Source of the DNA: Dialister sp. UBA7295
GTDB lineage: Bacteria; Bacillota; Negativicutes; Veillonellales; Dialisteraceae
DNA length: 64,000 bases
NCBI GenBank assembly: GCA_002471975.1
Contig: DKQZ01000032.1
Coordinates: forward strand, 78,463 to 142,462
Direction of reading: 5' to 3'
Below, in pieces: positions 43,339 through 53,564 of the stretch. The notes below the pieces were generated by a model. That model made no database searches and was not told where the DNA came from. It saw nothing but the letters and a program-made list of their open reading frames with translations. The position numbers were made by a program, and so were the translations under genes. Position 1 is the stretch's first letter. The number at the start of each line of letters is the position of its first letter.

Positions 43339-44445
43339 ATGAGTACGAATTTGCAGATTGGAATTGTCGGACTTCCAAATGTAGGTAAAAGTACATTGTT
43401 TAATGCGATTACGAAAGCCGGGGCAGAAGCGGCCAATTTCCCGTTCTGCACCATTGAACCGAATGTAGGAGTTGTAGAAGTACCGGATCACCGGATTTAT
43501 GATCTTTCCGATATGTTCAAGCCTAAGAAAACCACCCCGGCCTTTACCCGTTTTGTCGATATCGCAGGCCTGGTAGCCGGCGCTTCCAAAGGCGAAGGTC
43601 TTGGAAATCAGTTCTTGAGCCATATCCGTGAAACTGACGCCATTGCCCATGTGGTCCGCTGCTTTGAAGATGGAAATATCACTCATGTGGAAGGCTCCAT
43701 TGATCCTGTGAGAGATATGGACATTATCAATACAGAACTCTGCCTTGCGGATCTGGAAAGCGTGGATAAGAAGAAGACAAAAACCGCAAAACTGGCCCAG
43801 GCAGGTATCAAAGAGGCTAAAGCTGACTTGCCGGTACTGGAAAAGGTATTTGATGCCCTTCAGGATGGAACTCCGGCCAGGGCTCTCGATCTTTCCGAAG
43901 ATGATCTGGAAATCCTCAAGGAACTGAACCTCATCACCTTAAAACCGGTGCTTTATGTGCTGAATATGGCAGAAGATGATATTGCTGATCCGCTTTCCAA
44001 TGATTTTGTCAAGGCTGCCGCAGAACAGGCAGAAAAGGAAAATGCCAAATGGGTGCCCATTTCCGCAGAAATCGAACAGGAAGTTTCTGAACTGGATCCG
44101 GAGGAAGCCAAAGCATTCCTGTCAGATCTTGGAGAAGACGAACCGGGCCTGAACCGGCTGATCCGTACCGCTTACTCCATGCTGGGACTGATTAACTTCT
44201 TTACTGTGGGACCGGATGAATGCCGCTCCTGGACTGTCCGCGAAGGGACAAAAGCCCCGAAGGCTGCCGGCAAGATTCACAGTGATATCGAGAGAGGCTT
44301 TATTCGTGCGGAAATCGTATCTTATGATGACCTTATGGCCTGCGGCTCCTATGCGGCAGTTCGCGAAAAAGGCCTGCTCCGCGTGGAGGGTAAGGATTAT
44401 ATCATCCAGGATGGAGATATCGCGTATTTCCGGTTTAATGTGTAA
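43339..44445 (+). CDS. ychF: Redox-regulated ATPase YchF
   Basis: GLPNVGKST, NFPFCTIEPN, DIAGL, GKIHSD, EGKDY. Confidence 0.96.
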   Translation: MSTNLQIGIVGLPNVGKSTLFNAITKAGAEAANFPFCTIEPNVGVVEVPDHRIYDLSDMFKPKKTTPAFTRFVDIAGLVAGASKGEGLGNQFLSHIRETDAIAHVVRCFEDGNITHVEGSIDPVRDMDIINTELCLADLESVDKKKTKTAKLAQAGIKEAKADLPVLEKVFDALQDGTPARALDLSEDDLEILKELNLITLKPVLYVLNMAEDDIADPLSNDFVKAAAEQAEKENAKWVPISAEIEQEVSELDPEEAKAFLSDLGEDEPGLNRLIRTAYSMLGLINFFTVGPDECRSWTVREGTKAPKAAGKIHSDIERGFIRAEIVSYDDLMACGSYAAVREKGLLRVEGKDYIIQDGDIAYFRFNV

Positions 44446-44499
44446 TCTTGAAGACTTTAAAAGAGGGCAGAAGCCCTCTTTTCTTTCTATGGAGGAAAT

Positions 44500-45651
44500 A
44501 TGCCCCGGAAAATTTATAAGTCACTAACCGCCGGGCGGTTTCTTGATCGTCCGAACCGTTTCGTCTGTCATGCCGAAGTCAATGGAAAAACAGTCCTCTG
44601 TCATATGCCCAATCCGGGAAGGATGAGAGAATTGTTATTTCCTGGATCCACACTGTACCTGACACCCAACCGTCCGGGGCTTCGCACCGCTTTCAGGGTG
44701 GTGGGGATTGAGAAAGGCAAAAATCGGGATATATTTTATCTGGATACCACGAAGGCCAATGATGTGGCGGCCTTTCTGGTAGAAAACCACAGGATTCCGG
44801 GGTGGGAAGACTATGACCTTTTGAACCGGGAAGTGACCATGGGAGACAGCCGGTTCGATCTGCTTCTTGGAAATCAAAGAACCGGGGAAGTATTTCCCGT
44901 GGAAGTCAAATCCTGCAGCCTTGCCGGTGAGAAAGGGGCTATGTTTCCCGATGCGCCTACGGAGAGGGGAGAAAAACACCTTTCCCACCTGGTCAGGATG
45001 GCCGGGGAAGGGCAGCATGCCGGACTCCTTGTCCTTGTCCATTACGGGAAGGCAGAATGGTTCCTGCCCAATTATCATACGGACCTTGAGCTTTCCAGGA
45101 CTTTTCTCAAAGGCATGGACAGCCTCGACTGGAAAGCTGCCGTGATCCCATGGACAAAAGAATTTACCATGCCTCAATCCGTGCGTCTCATCGGCAGCTC
45201 GAAAAAAGCGCTGGAAGAGGAAATGGGGAATGCTGGAGATTATATGATTGTTCTCCGCCTGGAGGCACCCCAAACCATCGCCGTGGGAAGTCTGGGACCG
45301 GTTCCGTTTGCAGAAGGATACTACGTTTATGTGGGTTCAGCGAAAAAGAATCTGGACCAGCGTATGGCCCATCACCGGGCTTTAAGAAAGAAAATGCACT
45401 GGCATATGGACTACCTCCGAAAAGAGACAGATTTTGTTGGGGCTATCCCGATACGCACATGCGATGATCTTGAACATGACCTCGCCCGGGCACTGTCTGA
45501 AATTGCTGATTGGGATGTGCCGGAATTCGGCTGCAGCGACTGTCACTGCCGTTCGCATTTATTTGGCTTCCGGGAAAATCCGATGCATCTTCCTTCATTC
45601 CTCAAAATTGAGGAACGGTTTGAAATAGACAGACTTCAGAAATATTTTTAA
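44500..45651 (+). CDS. sfsA: SfsA-like nuclease fused to a DUF123 (GIY-YIG/Uri) domain
   Basis: RPNRF, HMPNPGRM, SRFDL, VEVKS, FPDAPTERG.KH; C-terminal GYYVYVGSA, HWHMDYL, FGCSDC.C.SHL. Confidence 0.85.
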   Translation: MPRKIYKSLTAGRFLDRPNRFVCHAEVNGKTVLCHMPNPGRMRELLFPGSTLYLTPNRPGLRTAFRVVGIEKGKNRDIFYLDTTKANDVAAFLVENHRIPGWEDYDLLNREVTMGDSRFDLLLGNQRTGEVFPVEVKSCSLAGEKGAMFPDAPTERGEKHLSHLVRMAGEGQHAGLLVLVHYGKAEWFLPNYHTDLELSRTFLKGMDSLDWKAAVIPWTKEFTMPQSVRLIGSSKKALEEEMGNAGDYMIVLRLEAPQTIAVGSLGPVPFAEGYYVYVGSAKKNLDQRMAHHRALRKKMHWHMDYLRKETDFVGAIPIRTCDDLEHDLARALSEIADWDVPEFGCSDCHCRSHLFGFRENPMHLPSFLKIEERFEIDRLQKYF

Positions 45652-45705
45652 AGGGAAATAAAAAAAGTCCGACCGCCTCCATGGTGATCGGACTTCTTTT
45701 TATTT

Positions 45706-46506
45706 CTATTTCTTTTGTTCAGGGATTTCCTTTGCGTCTTCCCTGTATTTGAAAGTAAAGTAAAGGAAAACGATACCGGCAGCTGCAAATCCCGCCAGCG
45801 CCGTAAGCTGTGCACTCTTCAGCCCAAATGCAAGGGTACCGTAATCACCGCGGAAAAATTCAAGGAAGAAACGGAGAATTGAATAAAGCATAACATAGAG
45901 ACAGAATGTGGTGCCCCTTGCATGCCTGAAACAGGAGTACCAGAGAAGAAGTCCCAGAATCAGAAGATCCCCCTGGCATTCCCAGACTTCTGCCGGCCAT
46001 AGAGGCTGTGCTCCATAAGTCTGATAGGCAAGTGTGGTGGAGGGATAAAGAATGCCGAAATCAGAGCCTGTGGGATGCCCGAAGGCATCGCCATTCATGA
46101 AATTGGCGATTCGTCCGACCGCCTGGCCAAAAATAATGGCAGGAGCCACGACATCTGCAAAAGGAAGCACGGGAATTTTATTTTTCTTAAGGAAGACATA
46201 ACCCGCTGTGCAGGCGAAGATAACGCCCCCCTGAATGGCCATACCGCCCTGCCAGACGAAAGGAATCTCCAGCAGATGATTATGGTAATACCCCCAGTCA
46301 AAGAAAAAGACATCCCACAGCCTTCCGCCGATGATGCCAACGAATGCAATAGTGAGCCCCAGATCAAAAACGCTTTCATGCCAGCCCCGCCCGTCTTTTT
46401 TCAGCAGATAATAAGCCATGATACAGCCAAGAATGATCCCCAGGGAAAAGAAAATTCCATAGAAACGGATTGGGAAGTCCCCTATAAATGTCACATATTG
46501 ATGCAT
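45706..46506 (-). CDS. lgt: Prolipoprotein diacylglyceryl transferase family protein
   Basis: IRFYG, GGRLW, WQGGMAIQGG, GQAVGRIANFMNGDAFG, RFFLEFFRGD. Confidence 0.9.
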   Translation of the reverse strand: MHQYVTFIGDFPIRFYGIFFSLGIILGCIMAYYLLKKDGRGWHESVFDLGLTIAFVGIIGGRLWDVFFFDWGYYHNHLLEIPFVWQGGMAIQGGVIFACTAGYVFLKKNKIPVLPFADVVAPAIIFGQAVGRIANFMNGDAFGHPTGSDFGILYPSTTLAYQTYGAQPLWPAEVWECQGDLLILGLLLWYSCFRHARGTTFCLYVMLYSILRFFLEFFRGDYGTLAFGLKSAQLTALAGFAAAGIVFLYFTFKYREDAKEIPEQKK

Positions 46507-46673
46507 AATACACTCCTTTTGATCAATGATTTAATCCAATTATACAATATAAGCGTTCTTTTGTTCAGCCGCCGGAAGAGAAAGCCGTACTATAGGGATT
46601 AAAATACATATATTTAGAAATGTTCGTTAAATCACATATCAATCTAATGCTCGATTAAAGATAGAATTTTTTT

Positions 46674-46695
46674 ATACCTATAGGGGGTATAGGTA
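46674..46695. promoter_or_regulatory. CsoR-type operator candidate
   Basis: TACCTATA-GGGGG-TATAGGTA inverted repeat; includes ATACCTATAGGGGGTAT. Confidence 0.65.
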
Positions 46696-47060
46696 CAAGA
46701 TGGCAGATTAATTTTAAAACAACTGGAAAATTTGAGACCCTTATTTCTATGAACCATGAAAATAATCAGATTTTATCGATGATTTCAAAGATACCGCAAA
46801 TTCTGTATGATCCGGAAAAGCATTGAAACCCGGGATTTTTCATGAGAATCAATATTAGATAAAAACTAATGGAATACTTTTATTTTTTACAGAAAATGCT
46901 TGAAATCATACAATCTCATGGTATGATGTTCATAGAGAAATAAAACTCTATTCAAGAGTTTGCTTTAGCTGTATTTCAGAAACGACAATAATAATAATCA
47001 TGTTTCCAGAATAATAACAATGATGCAGCGCTTTTCCTTTTGTTATTGGGAGGTACAAGA

Positions 47061-47741
47061 ATGAGAAACTGTGTTTTAGTCATCGAACATGATCCAAGTG
47101 TAAGCCGTTTTATGCAGATGAAGCTGGAAGAAGTCGGCTTTTCCTGCCTTGTGGATAATACGGGGGATTCTGCAGTTGATCTGGCCGGACAGAGACAGGC
47201 TGAACTGATCGTACTGGATCCGGATGAACCACTGAAAAATGGCCAGGAAATTCTTAATAAAGTTCGGGAAGTCAGCCCCGTTCCGGTTATTTATCTTTCC
47301 TCTGACAGCAGTGTGGATGCCAAGGTTAATGCGCTTAATGCCGGCGCAGATGACTATATGACAAAACCCTATGCCACCAAAGAACTGATTGCCAGAATCC
47401 GTTCGGCTCTCCGCCGTCATGAAGAACCGAAAGTCATTGTAGATCCGGCTTTCACTATCGGCGATTTATCTATTTATCCGGATCGCCATGAAGTCCGCGC
47501 AGGAGATGAGATCATCGATCTGACTAAAAAAGAATTCGATCTTCTCCTTTTCCTTGCAAAGAATAAGAACCGCGTTATCAAGAGAGAAGAAATTCTGGAA
47601 AAGGTCTGGGGCTACGGCTATGCAGGAAAGACGAATATCGTGGACGTGTATATCCGTTATCTCAGAAGCAAGATTGATGAAAAAGTAGGCAAAAAATATA
47701 TTCATACCGTCCGCGGCATCGGATATGCTGCCAGAGACTGA
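47061..47741 (+). CDS. OmpR/PhoB family response regulator (orphan)
   Basis: Receiver (IVLD, GADDYMTKP) plus wHTH (LTKKEFDLL, VWG, VDVYIRYLRSKID, IHTVRGIGY). Confidence 0.92.
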   Translation: MRNCVLVIEHDPSVSRFMQMKLEEVGFSCLVDNTGDSAVDLAGQRQAELIVLDPDEPLKNGQEILNKVREVSPVPVIYLSSDSSVDAKVNALNAGADDYMTKPYATKELIARIRSALRRHEEPKVIVDPAFTIGDLSIYPDRHEVRAGDEIIDLTKKEFDLLLFLAKNKNRVIKREEILEKVWGYGYAGKTNIVDVYIRYLRSKIDEKVGKKYIHTVRGIGYAARD

Positions 47742-47742
47742 T

Positions 47743-48285
47743 ATGATCAGGCAGGTTATAGTAGTGGAAGGCAAATCGGATATCGCCCGCGTCAGGATGG
47801 CTGTGGATGCAGATCTGATTGCGACCGGTGGTTTTTCGATAAGGAAAGAGACACTGGACCGGATCCGGTCAGCCTATGAAAAAAGAGGAATCATCATCCT
47901 GACAGACCCTGATGGACCGGGCGAACGGATCCGCCGCCGCCTGTCCCTGCTTTTCCCCAATGCACTGCATGCTTTTGTACCCAAAAAAGAAGCGTCCCTG
48001 CCGCATGATGTCGGTATAGAAGATGCTTCGCCTGAATCCATTCGCAAGGCGCTCTCCACACTTCGGCTTTTTTATCAGGAGGATTCCGAGGTCTTTACCA
48101 TAAAGGACCTTTTTGATGCCGGACTGGCCGGAAAAGAAAATTCCGCACAGCAGAGGGCTGATGTGGGAGCTCTGCTGGGAATAGGATACGGGAATGGCAA
48201 ACAGTTCGTTAAAAGGCTTAATCATTATGGAATTACCCGGGAAGAATGGGATAAAGCCATCGGATTGAGCCGGGAGGTGCCCTGA
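47743..48285 (+). CDS. rnmV: Ribonuclease M5
   Basis: VIVVEGKSD, ILTDPDGPGERIR, GIEDAS, GYGNGK..KRLN; rnmV-ksgA synteny. Confidence 0.92.
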   Translation: MIRQVIVVEGKSDIARVRMAVDADLIATGGFSIRKETLDRIRSAYEKRGIIILTDPDGPGERIRRRLSLLFPNALHAFVPKKEASLPHDVGIEDASPESIRKALSTLRLFYQEDSEVFTIKDLFDAGLAGKENSAQQRADVGALLGIGYGNGKQFVKRLNHYGITREEWDKAIGLSREVP

Positions 48286-49142
48286 TGCTGGATGCGAATC
48301 TGGCTGACCGACAGGTTGTCCAATATATCATTAAGAGGTTTGGAATTCATGCCAAACACAAACTGGGGCAGAATTTCCTGATCCGTCCGGATGTGGTGGC
48401 AGCCATAGCGGAAGCAGCGGAGCTGGGACCGGGAATTCCGGTTATGGAGATAGGTGCCGGTATTGGCACATTGACTCAGGCCCTGGCCGAGACCGGCGCT
48501 GATGTTATTTCATTTGAACTTGACCAAAGTCTGGAAAGAGTCCTGTCCCATACGCTGGAACATTATAATAATGTCAGGATTATTTATGAAGATGTTCTGA
48601 AAACGGATTTAAAGGAAATCCTTGGAGCCAGGGAATGGCGGTGTGCTGCAAATCTGCCTTACTATATCACAACACCTATCCTTCTATCCCTGATCCAGTC
48701 AGACCTTCCGATTTCGCTTTTTGTATTCATGATGCAGAAGGAAGTGGCGGACCGTATCCTTGCTGAGCCCGGCTCAAAAGATTATGGGGCGCTGACGCTG
48801 GCAGTCAATTTTGACTGCACTGCGGAAAGAGTCCTTGATATCCCCCCTTCTGCATTTATTCCAAGACCCCAGGTCACTTCCACAGTCCTTAAAATAAGGC
48901 GCCGCAGCAGTCCCGCGGTGCAGGTGAAGGAACGGAAGCTTTTCGAGAGGCTGGTTAAAATGGGTTTCGGTCAAAGACGGAAAGTCTTTACCAATGCGAT
49001 GAAAGCAGGGGGAATTCCTGCCGAATGGATTCAACCCATTCTTGAAAAAGCCGGAATTGATGGCAAAAGGCGGGGAGAGACTTTCTCTATGGAGGAATAC
49101 GGACGTCTTGCCGATTCCTGGTATGATAAAATTCACGAGTGA
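48285..49142 (+). CDS. rsmA: 16S rRNA dimethyladenosine transferase KsgA
   Basis: LGQNFL, EIGAGIG, ANLPYYITTP, MQKEVA. Confidence 0.96.
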   Translation: MLDANLADRQVVQYIIKRFGIHAKHKLGQNFLIRPDVVAAIAEAAELGPGIPVMEIGAGIGTLTQALAETGADVISFELDQSLERVLSHTLEHYNNVRIIYEDVLKTDLKEILGAREWRCAANLPYYITTPILLSLIQSDLPISLFVFMMQKEVADRILAEPGSKDYGALTLAVNFDCTAERVLDIPPSAFIPRPQVTSTVLKIRRRSSPAVQVKERKLFERLVKMGFGQRRKVFTNAMKAGGIPAEWIQPILEKAGIDGKRRGETFSMEEYGRLADSWYDKIHE

Positions 49143-49274
49143 AAAGAGAGCAGGTTCTTCGGAGCCTGTTTTTATTTGATGCAAAGTCCCGCTTTCCGGA
49201 CGACGGAGATTTTTGCAATGACCTTTCCGGGATTGCTGCACTTTACAAAAGGAATAGCCGGCGCTATAATAGGA

Positions 49275-49478
49275 ACAACGCAGGGAAAGAGAGTGTTTTT
49301 CTAAGATGTATCCAGAGACAGGACGGCCGGTGAGAGTCCTGACAAAAGAGAAAGACTTCCACTCAGGAGCGGCTGATGAAGAATCGGACGGCTGGTAACC
49401 GATAAAAGACCGTGAGCCGGCTTTTGCAAATTGGGTGGTACCGCGATGACTTCGTCCCATAGGGGAGGAAGTTTTTTT
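49275..49478 (+). ncRNA. T-box riboswitch leader of serS
   Basis: Promoter TTTACA-17-TATAAT (49242-49270); T-box AATTGGGTGGTACCGCG (49429-49445); overlapping terminator with U-tract; candidate Ser specifier TCC (49358-49360). Confidence 0.92.
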
Positions 49479-49527
49479 ATTTTATTCTCACAAAGAGGAT
49501 AACGATTCATTACAGGGAGATGTAAGT

Positions 49528-50841
49528 ATGCTTGATATCAAGTTTATCCGTGAACATGCGGAAGAAGTAAAACAGAATCTGACCAATCGCCATAATCCTT
49601 TTGACCTGGACAAAGTACTGGCACTGGATGAAAAGAGAAGGGAACTCCTGCAGGAAACAGAAGCACTGAAGAGCGAAAAGAATGCAGAGTCCAAAAAAAT
49701 CGGTGAAGCAAAGAAAAAAGGCCAGGATGCCGGTGAAATCATTGCTGCCATGAGAGAAGTAGGCAGAAAAATTGCCGCCATCGATAAAGAATTGGGAGAA
49801 GTGGAAGGCACCCTGAATGAACTTCTTCTTCACATTCCGAACATGGCTGATAAGACCGTTCCCATCGGAAAAGACGATTCCGAAAACCCGGAAGTTCGCC
49901 GCTGGGGTGAAATCCCGAAGTTTGATTTCCCAATCAGGGCTCATTATGAACTGGGCGATGATCTGGGAATCCTTGATGTGGAAAGGGCCGGAAAGGTTTC
50001 CGGCACCCGTTTCTATTTCTATCTCTCCGGCGCTGCCCGCCTTGAAAGAGCTGTCTACAATTTCATGCTGGATCTTCATACTCAGCAGAATGATTTCACT
50101 GAAGTCATTCCTCCCTATATTATCAATGGCAATTCCATGCAGGGGACCGGCCAGCTGCCAAAGTTTGCTGAAGACATGTATAAAGTGGAAGGGGAAAACA
50201 TGTATATGACCCCAACTGCCGAAGTGCCGCTGACCAACTACTTTGCCGGTGAAATTCTCGATGGTGATCTGCTCCCGGTTCACCTGACTGCCCTGACCCC
50301 GTGCTTCCGTAAAGAGGCCGGATCCGCAGGCAAAGATACCCGCGGACTGATCCGTCAGCACCAGTTCCATAAAGTGGAAATGGTGAAATACTGCAAACCG
50401 GAGAATAGCTGGGATGAACTGGAAAGCCTGACTGCTGAAGCAGAAAAAGTTCTTCAGCTTCTGAAGCTGCCATACCATGTGGTCTGCCTCTGCACCGGTG
50501 ATATCGGTTTCTCCTCCGCAAAGACTTATGATATTGAAGTCTGGATGCCGGCACAGAACAAATACAGAGAAATTTCTTCCTGCTCCAACTGCCTTGATTT
50601 CCAGGCAAGAAGGGCAAATATCCGCTTCCGCAGGACTCCGGGCGCAAAACCGGAATTCGTTCATACCCTGAATGGCTCCGGACTTGCCGTAGGCAGGACT
50701 GTGGCAGCCATTATGGAAAACTATCAGCAGGCTGATGGAACCATCAAAGTTCCGGACGCGCTTGTTCCATACATGAACGGGATTACTGTCATCGGAAAAC
50801 GGAATGGTTTCCCGAGCTCCAGACCGACTGAAAAGAAATAA
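49528..50841 (+). CDS. serS: Serine--tRNA ligase
   Basis: MLDIK, GTGQLPKF, PTAEVP, CFRKEAG, RQHQFHKVE, EISSCSNC, TLNGSGLA. Confidence 0.97.
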   Translation: MLDIKFIREHAEEVKQNLTNRHNPFDLDKVLALDEKRRELLQETEALKSEKNAESKKIGEAKKKGQDAGEIIAAMREVGRKIAAIDKELGEVEGTLNELLLHIPNMADKTVPIGKDDSENPEVRRWGEIPKFDFPIRAHYELGDDLGILDVERAGKVSGTRFYFYLSGAARLERAVYNFMLDLHTQQNDFTEVIPPYIINGNSMQGTGQLPKFAEDMYKVEGENMYMTPTAEVPLTNYFAGEILDGDLLPVHLTALTPCFRKEAGSAGKDTRGLIRQHQFHKVEMVKYCKPENSWDELESLTAEAEKVLQLLKLPYHVVCLCTGDIGFSSAKTYDIEVWMPAQNKYREISSCSNCLDFQARRANIRFRRTPGAKPEFVHTLNGSGLAVGRTVAAIMENYQQADGTIKVPDALVPYMNGITVIGKRNGFPSSRPTEKK

Positions 50842-50846
50842 ACAGG

Positions 50847-50897
50847 AAAATATAAAAATCCCGGAAGGCGGGCTGCCTTTCGGGATTTTTATATTTT
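50847..50897. terminator. Bidirectional terminator between serS and the cfa remnant
   Basis: AAAATATAAAAATCCCGGAAGGC-gggct-GCCTTTCGGGATTTTTATATTTT. Confidence 0.85.
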
Positions 50898-50901
50898 ATT
50901 C

Positions 50902-51306
50902 TCAGCCTTTATAAATGGATTCCGTGGTCATGGGGAGATCGTTATTGATTCCTTTACTCAGGATAAACTGCCCCACGTCCAGGACACCGGTACGGAAGCC
51001 TGATTCACAGCCCCGAAGGTAAATATCCCAGAGTCGTTTAAATTTTTCATCGTATCTCGAAGGAAGTTGATCTTTGTGTGCATTGAACGATTCTGACCAT
51101 AAGTGCAGGGTCTTTGCATAATGGCGGCGCAGACTTTCAAAACCGATCATGCGAAGGCCGAACAGGGGGAAAATATTTACGGTTTCACGGATTCCCGGAA
51201 TATATCCGCCGGGGAAAATGTACTTTACCATCCAGTTTTTTGTCTGTTTCTCCTGGGCGTTCATGTTGATAATGAAATGAAGCAGGAACAGTCCGCTTAA
51301 ACCCAT
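50902..51306 (-). pseudogene. cfa: Cyclopropane-fatty-acyl-phospholipid synthase, C-terminal remnant
   Basis: GLFLLHFI, WMVKYIFPGGYIP, ESLRRHYAKTL..W, F.RLWDIYL..C..GF; SAM-binding N-terminal part absent. Confidence 0.8.
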
Positions 51307-51371
51307 ATATATGACGGGAGTGGTAGATTCACCGGCTGAGGGTATAGTATAATTAAAAAAGAGGTGTTGAA

Positions 51372-52127
51372 ATGAGACCCAATCCAATGATGACCGGTTT
51401 TCTGATGCTCCCTCTGCTTTTTCCGGCAGCATCAGTATCTGCTTTTGATACCGGAAATATTTCCGGTATGATTCTGAGCCCTTTGCCGGAAGGCCTGCTC
51501 GCGGCCTTGATATTTTTGTCCCTGCTGGCCGAAATCAAAACTGCCGGCTTTTCCGGAGGATCCGTTTTGGCCGCTATAGCCGGCTCACTCCTCATTGGTG
51601 CCCACTGGACACAGGGGAACGGATCAATCGTGGAATGGATTCTCTTTTTGGGCGGCATGGCCCTGATCCTGGCTGATTTGCTGATCCTCTTTACAGGAGC
51701 AGCTGCCGGGGCGGGGATCGTTTTTATCATTGCAGGATTGTACTTTACTTTTGGCGGAGGCGTGCAGGCGCTGTATATTCTTTCGGCCGCCATGATTCTT
51801 TCGGCCGCAGGCATTTATTTCCTTGCGGATCATCTTTCCCGGAGCAAACTGTGGGAGAAAATTTCTCTGAAAACAACGCTTAAAGGAAAAGAAGGCTATG
51901 TATCCTCTTCTCTGAATCTCAAAGGGTATATGGGGTTAAAAGGAAGGGCTCTTTCAGACCTTCGTCCTGCCGGGAAAATTATGGTATCCGGTCAGGCTGT
52001 TGATGCCGTTTCCGATGGGATTTATATTAACAAGGGGGAATCTGTTCTGGTCATCAGGGCGGAAGGATCCCATGTGGTGGTACGAAAAGCAGAGGACTCT
52101 GCTTTTTCAGACAGGAGTGAATCGTGA
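51372..52127 (+). CDS. NfeD family membrane protein (YqeZ-like, short form)
   Basis: TM helices, then G..G.A.SDLRPAG..DAVS.G.YI..G OB domain. Confidence 0.85.
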   Translation: MRPNPMMTGFLMLPLLFPAASVSAFDTGNISGMILSPLPEGLLAALIFLSLLAEIKTAGFSGGSVLAAIAGSLLIGAHWTQGNGSIVEWILFLGGMALILADLLILFTGAAAGAGIVFIIAGLYFTFGGGVQALYILSAAMILSAAGIYFLADHLSRSKLWEKISLKTTLKGKEGYVSSSLNLKGYMGLKGRALSDLRPAGKIMVSGQAVDAVSDGIYINKGESVLVIRAEGSHVVVRKAEDSAFSDRSES

Positions 52128-53107
52128 TGGATCTTATGGTATTTCCAGGATTTGTATTCATTATTGCAGTGGCGGCATTATCCCTGCTTCTTCATTTTGT
52201 ACCGGTGGGCCTGTGGATTTCCGCCCTGGCAGCAGATGTAAATATTTCTCTTTTCAATCTGGTAGGAATGCGTATCCGCAGGGTAGAACCACGGATGATT
52301 GTACTGCCCCTTATCAAGGGAACAAAAGCAGGTCTTCCTTTGAATGTGAACCAGTTGGAAGCCCATTACTTGGCCGGGGGAAATGTAGACAATGTGGTAG
52401 ATGCCCTCATTGCTGCACACCGGGCTCAGATTTCACTTTCTTTTGAACAGGCGGCTGCCATTGATCTGGCAGGACGGAATGTTCTTGAAGCGGTACAGAT
52501 GAGTGTTAACCCGAAAGTGATTGAGACGCCTACGATTTCCGCTGTGGCTAAAAACGGTATTGAATTGAAGGTCCGGGCTCGTGTAACCGTAAGGGCCAAT
52601 ATTGACCGTCTTGTAGGGGGTGCAGGTGAAGCAACGATTATTGCCCGGGTAGGGGAAGGCATTGTAACGACCGTGGGTTCTGCGGAAAGCCATACGGATG
52701 TGCTTGAAAATCCGGATCACATTTCCCGGACTGTGCTGGGGAAAGGACTCGATTCCGGTACGGCTTTTGAAATTCTCTCTATAGATATAGCGGATGTGGA
52801 TGTCGGGAGAAATATAGGTGCCCAGCTGCAGACGGACCAGGCAGAAGCGGATAAGCAGATTGCCCAGGCCCGGGCAGAAGAACGACGTGCCATGGCTGTG
52901 GCCAAAGAACAGGAAATGCGTGCGTATACACAGGAAATGCAGGCAAAAGTGGTGGGAGCCCAGGCAGAAATTCCTCATGCCATGGCAGAAGCTTTAAAAG
53001 GCGGCAAGCTTGGAGTCATGGATTACTATAATCTGAAAAACATAGCCGCCGATACGGAGATGCGTGAAAATATTGCATCCGGTGGAAATCCGGAGAGTCA
53101 TCAGTAA
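52124..53107 (+). CDS. floA: Flotillin-like protein FloA (YqfA)
   Basis: [44 protein letters not shown]. Confidence 0.93.
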   Translation: MMDLMVFPGFVFIIAVAALSLLLHFVPVGLWISALAADVNISLFNLVGMRIRRVEPRMIVLPLIKGTKAGLPLNVNQLEAHYLAGGNVDNVVDALIAAHRAQISLSFEQAAAIDLAGRNVLEAVQMSVNPKVIETPTISAVAKNGIELKVRARVTVRANIDRLVGGAGEATIIARVGEGIVTTVGSAESHTDVLENPDHISRTVLGKGLDSGTAFEILSIDIADVDVGRNIGAQLQTDQAEADKQIAQARAEERRAMAVAKEQEMRAYTQEMQAKVVGAQAEIPHAMAEALKGGKLGVMDYYNLKNIAADTEMRENIASGGNPESHQ

Positions 53108-53138
53108 CCTGAAAATATTTCTGCAGATGGAGAAATAT

Positions 53139-53531
53139 ATGAAGAAAGAAACGATCAGTACCGGAGATGCATATGATTTCGCTTCCCTCAGGGAGAAAAT
53201 AAGGAATGCCTGGGGAAAGAAGGAAAAATCCGACAATTCTGAAGCAGGAAAAAAGAAATTTGCAGAATCATTTGACGAAGTGCAAAAAGATGCTACAATA
53301 GCAAACAAGAACAGAAAAATAAAAAATGCTGCCCTGAGGACAGCCGCATTAAAAGATGGAAGAACTTTAACCGTAAATACTTTTGATGCGCCTGATTTGA
53401 GACCTGCTGGAAAAGTTTCCGGTAAAAGCAGATTGAATGAATGGATTTCCGGCCGTGCTTCCCAATGGGTGCTGTATGAGACTGTATTTGGTCCGCCCAG
53501 AAGCAGAAAGCCCTGGAAGCCGGTTCGGTGA
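53139..53531 (+). CDS. Hypothetical protein, YqfB-like C-terminus
   Basis: C-terminal ETVFGPPRSRKP motif; third gene after nfeD-floA; start uncertain. Confidence 0.55.
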   Translation: MKKETISTGDAYDFASLREKIRNAWGKKEKSDNSEAGKKKFAESFDEVQKDATIANKNRKIKNAALRTAALKDGRTLTVNTFDAPDLRPAGKVSGKSRLNEWISGRASQWVLYETVFGPPRSRKPWKPVR

Positions 53532-53564
53532 ACACGATAACCTTCGAAGGAGGAATTATAGACA

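Noticed and set aside
49139-49510. Short ORFs between rsmA and serS
   Set aside because: The region is accounted for by the promoter and T-box leader.
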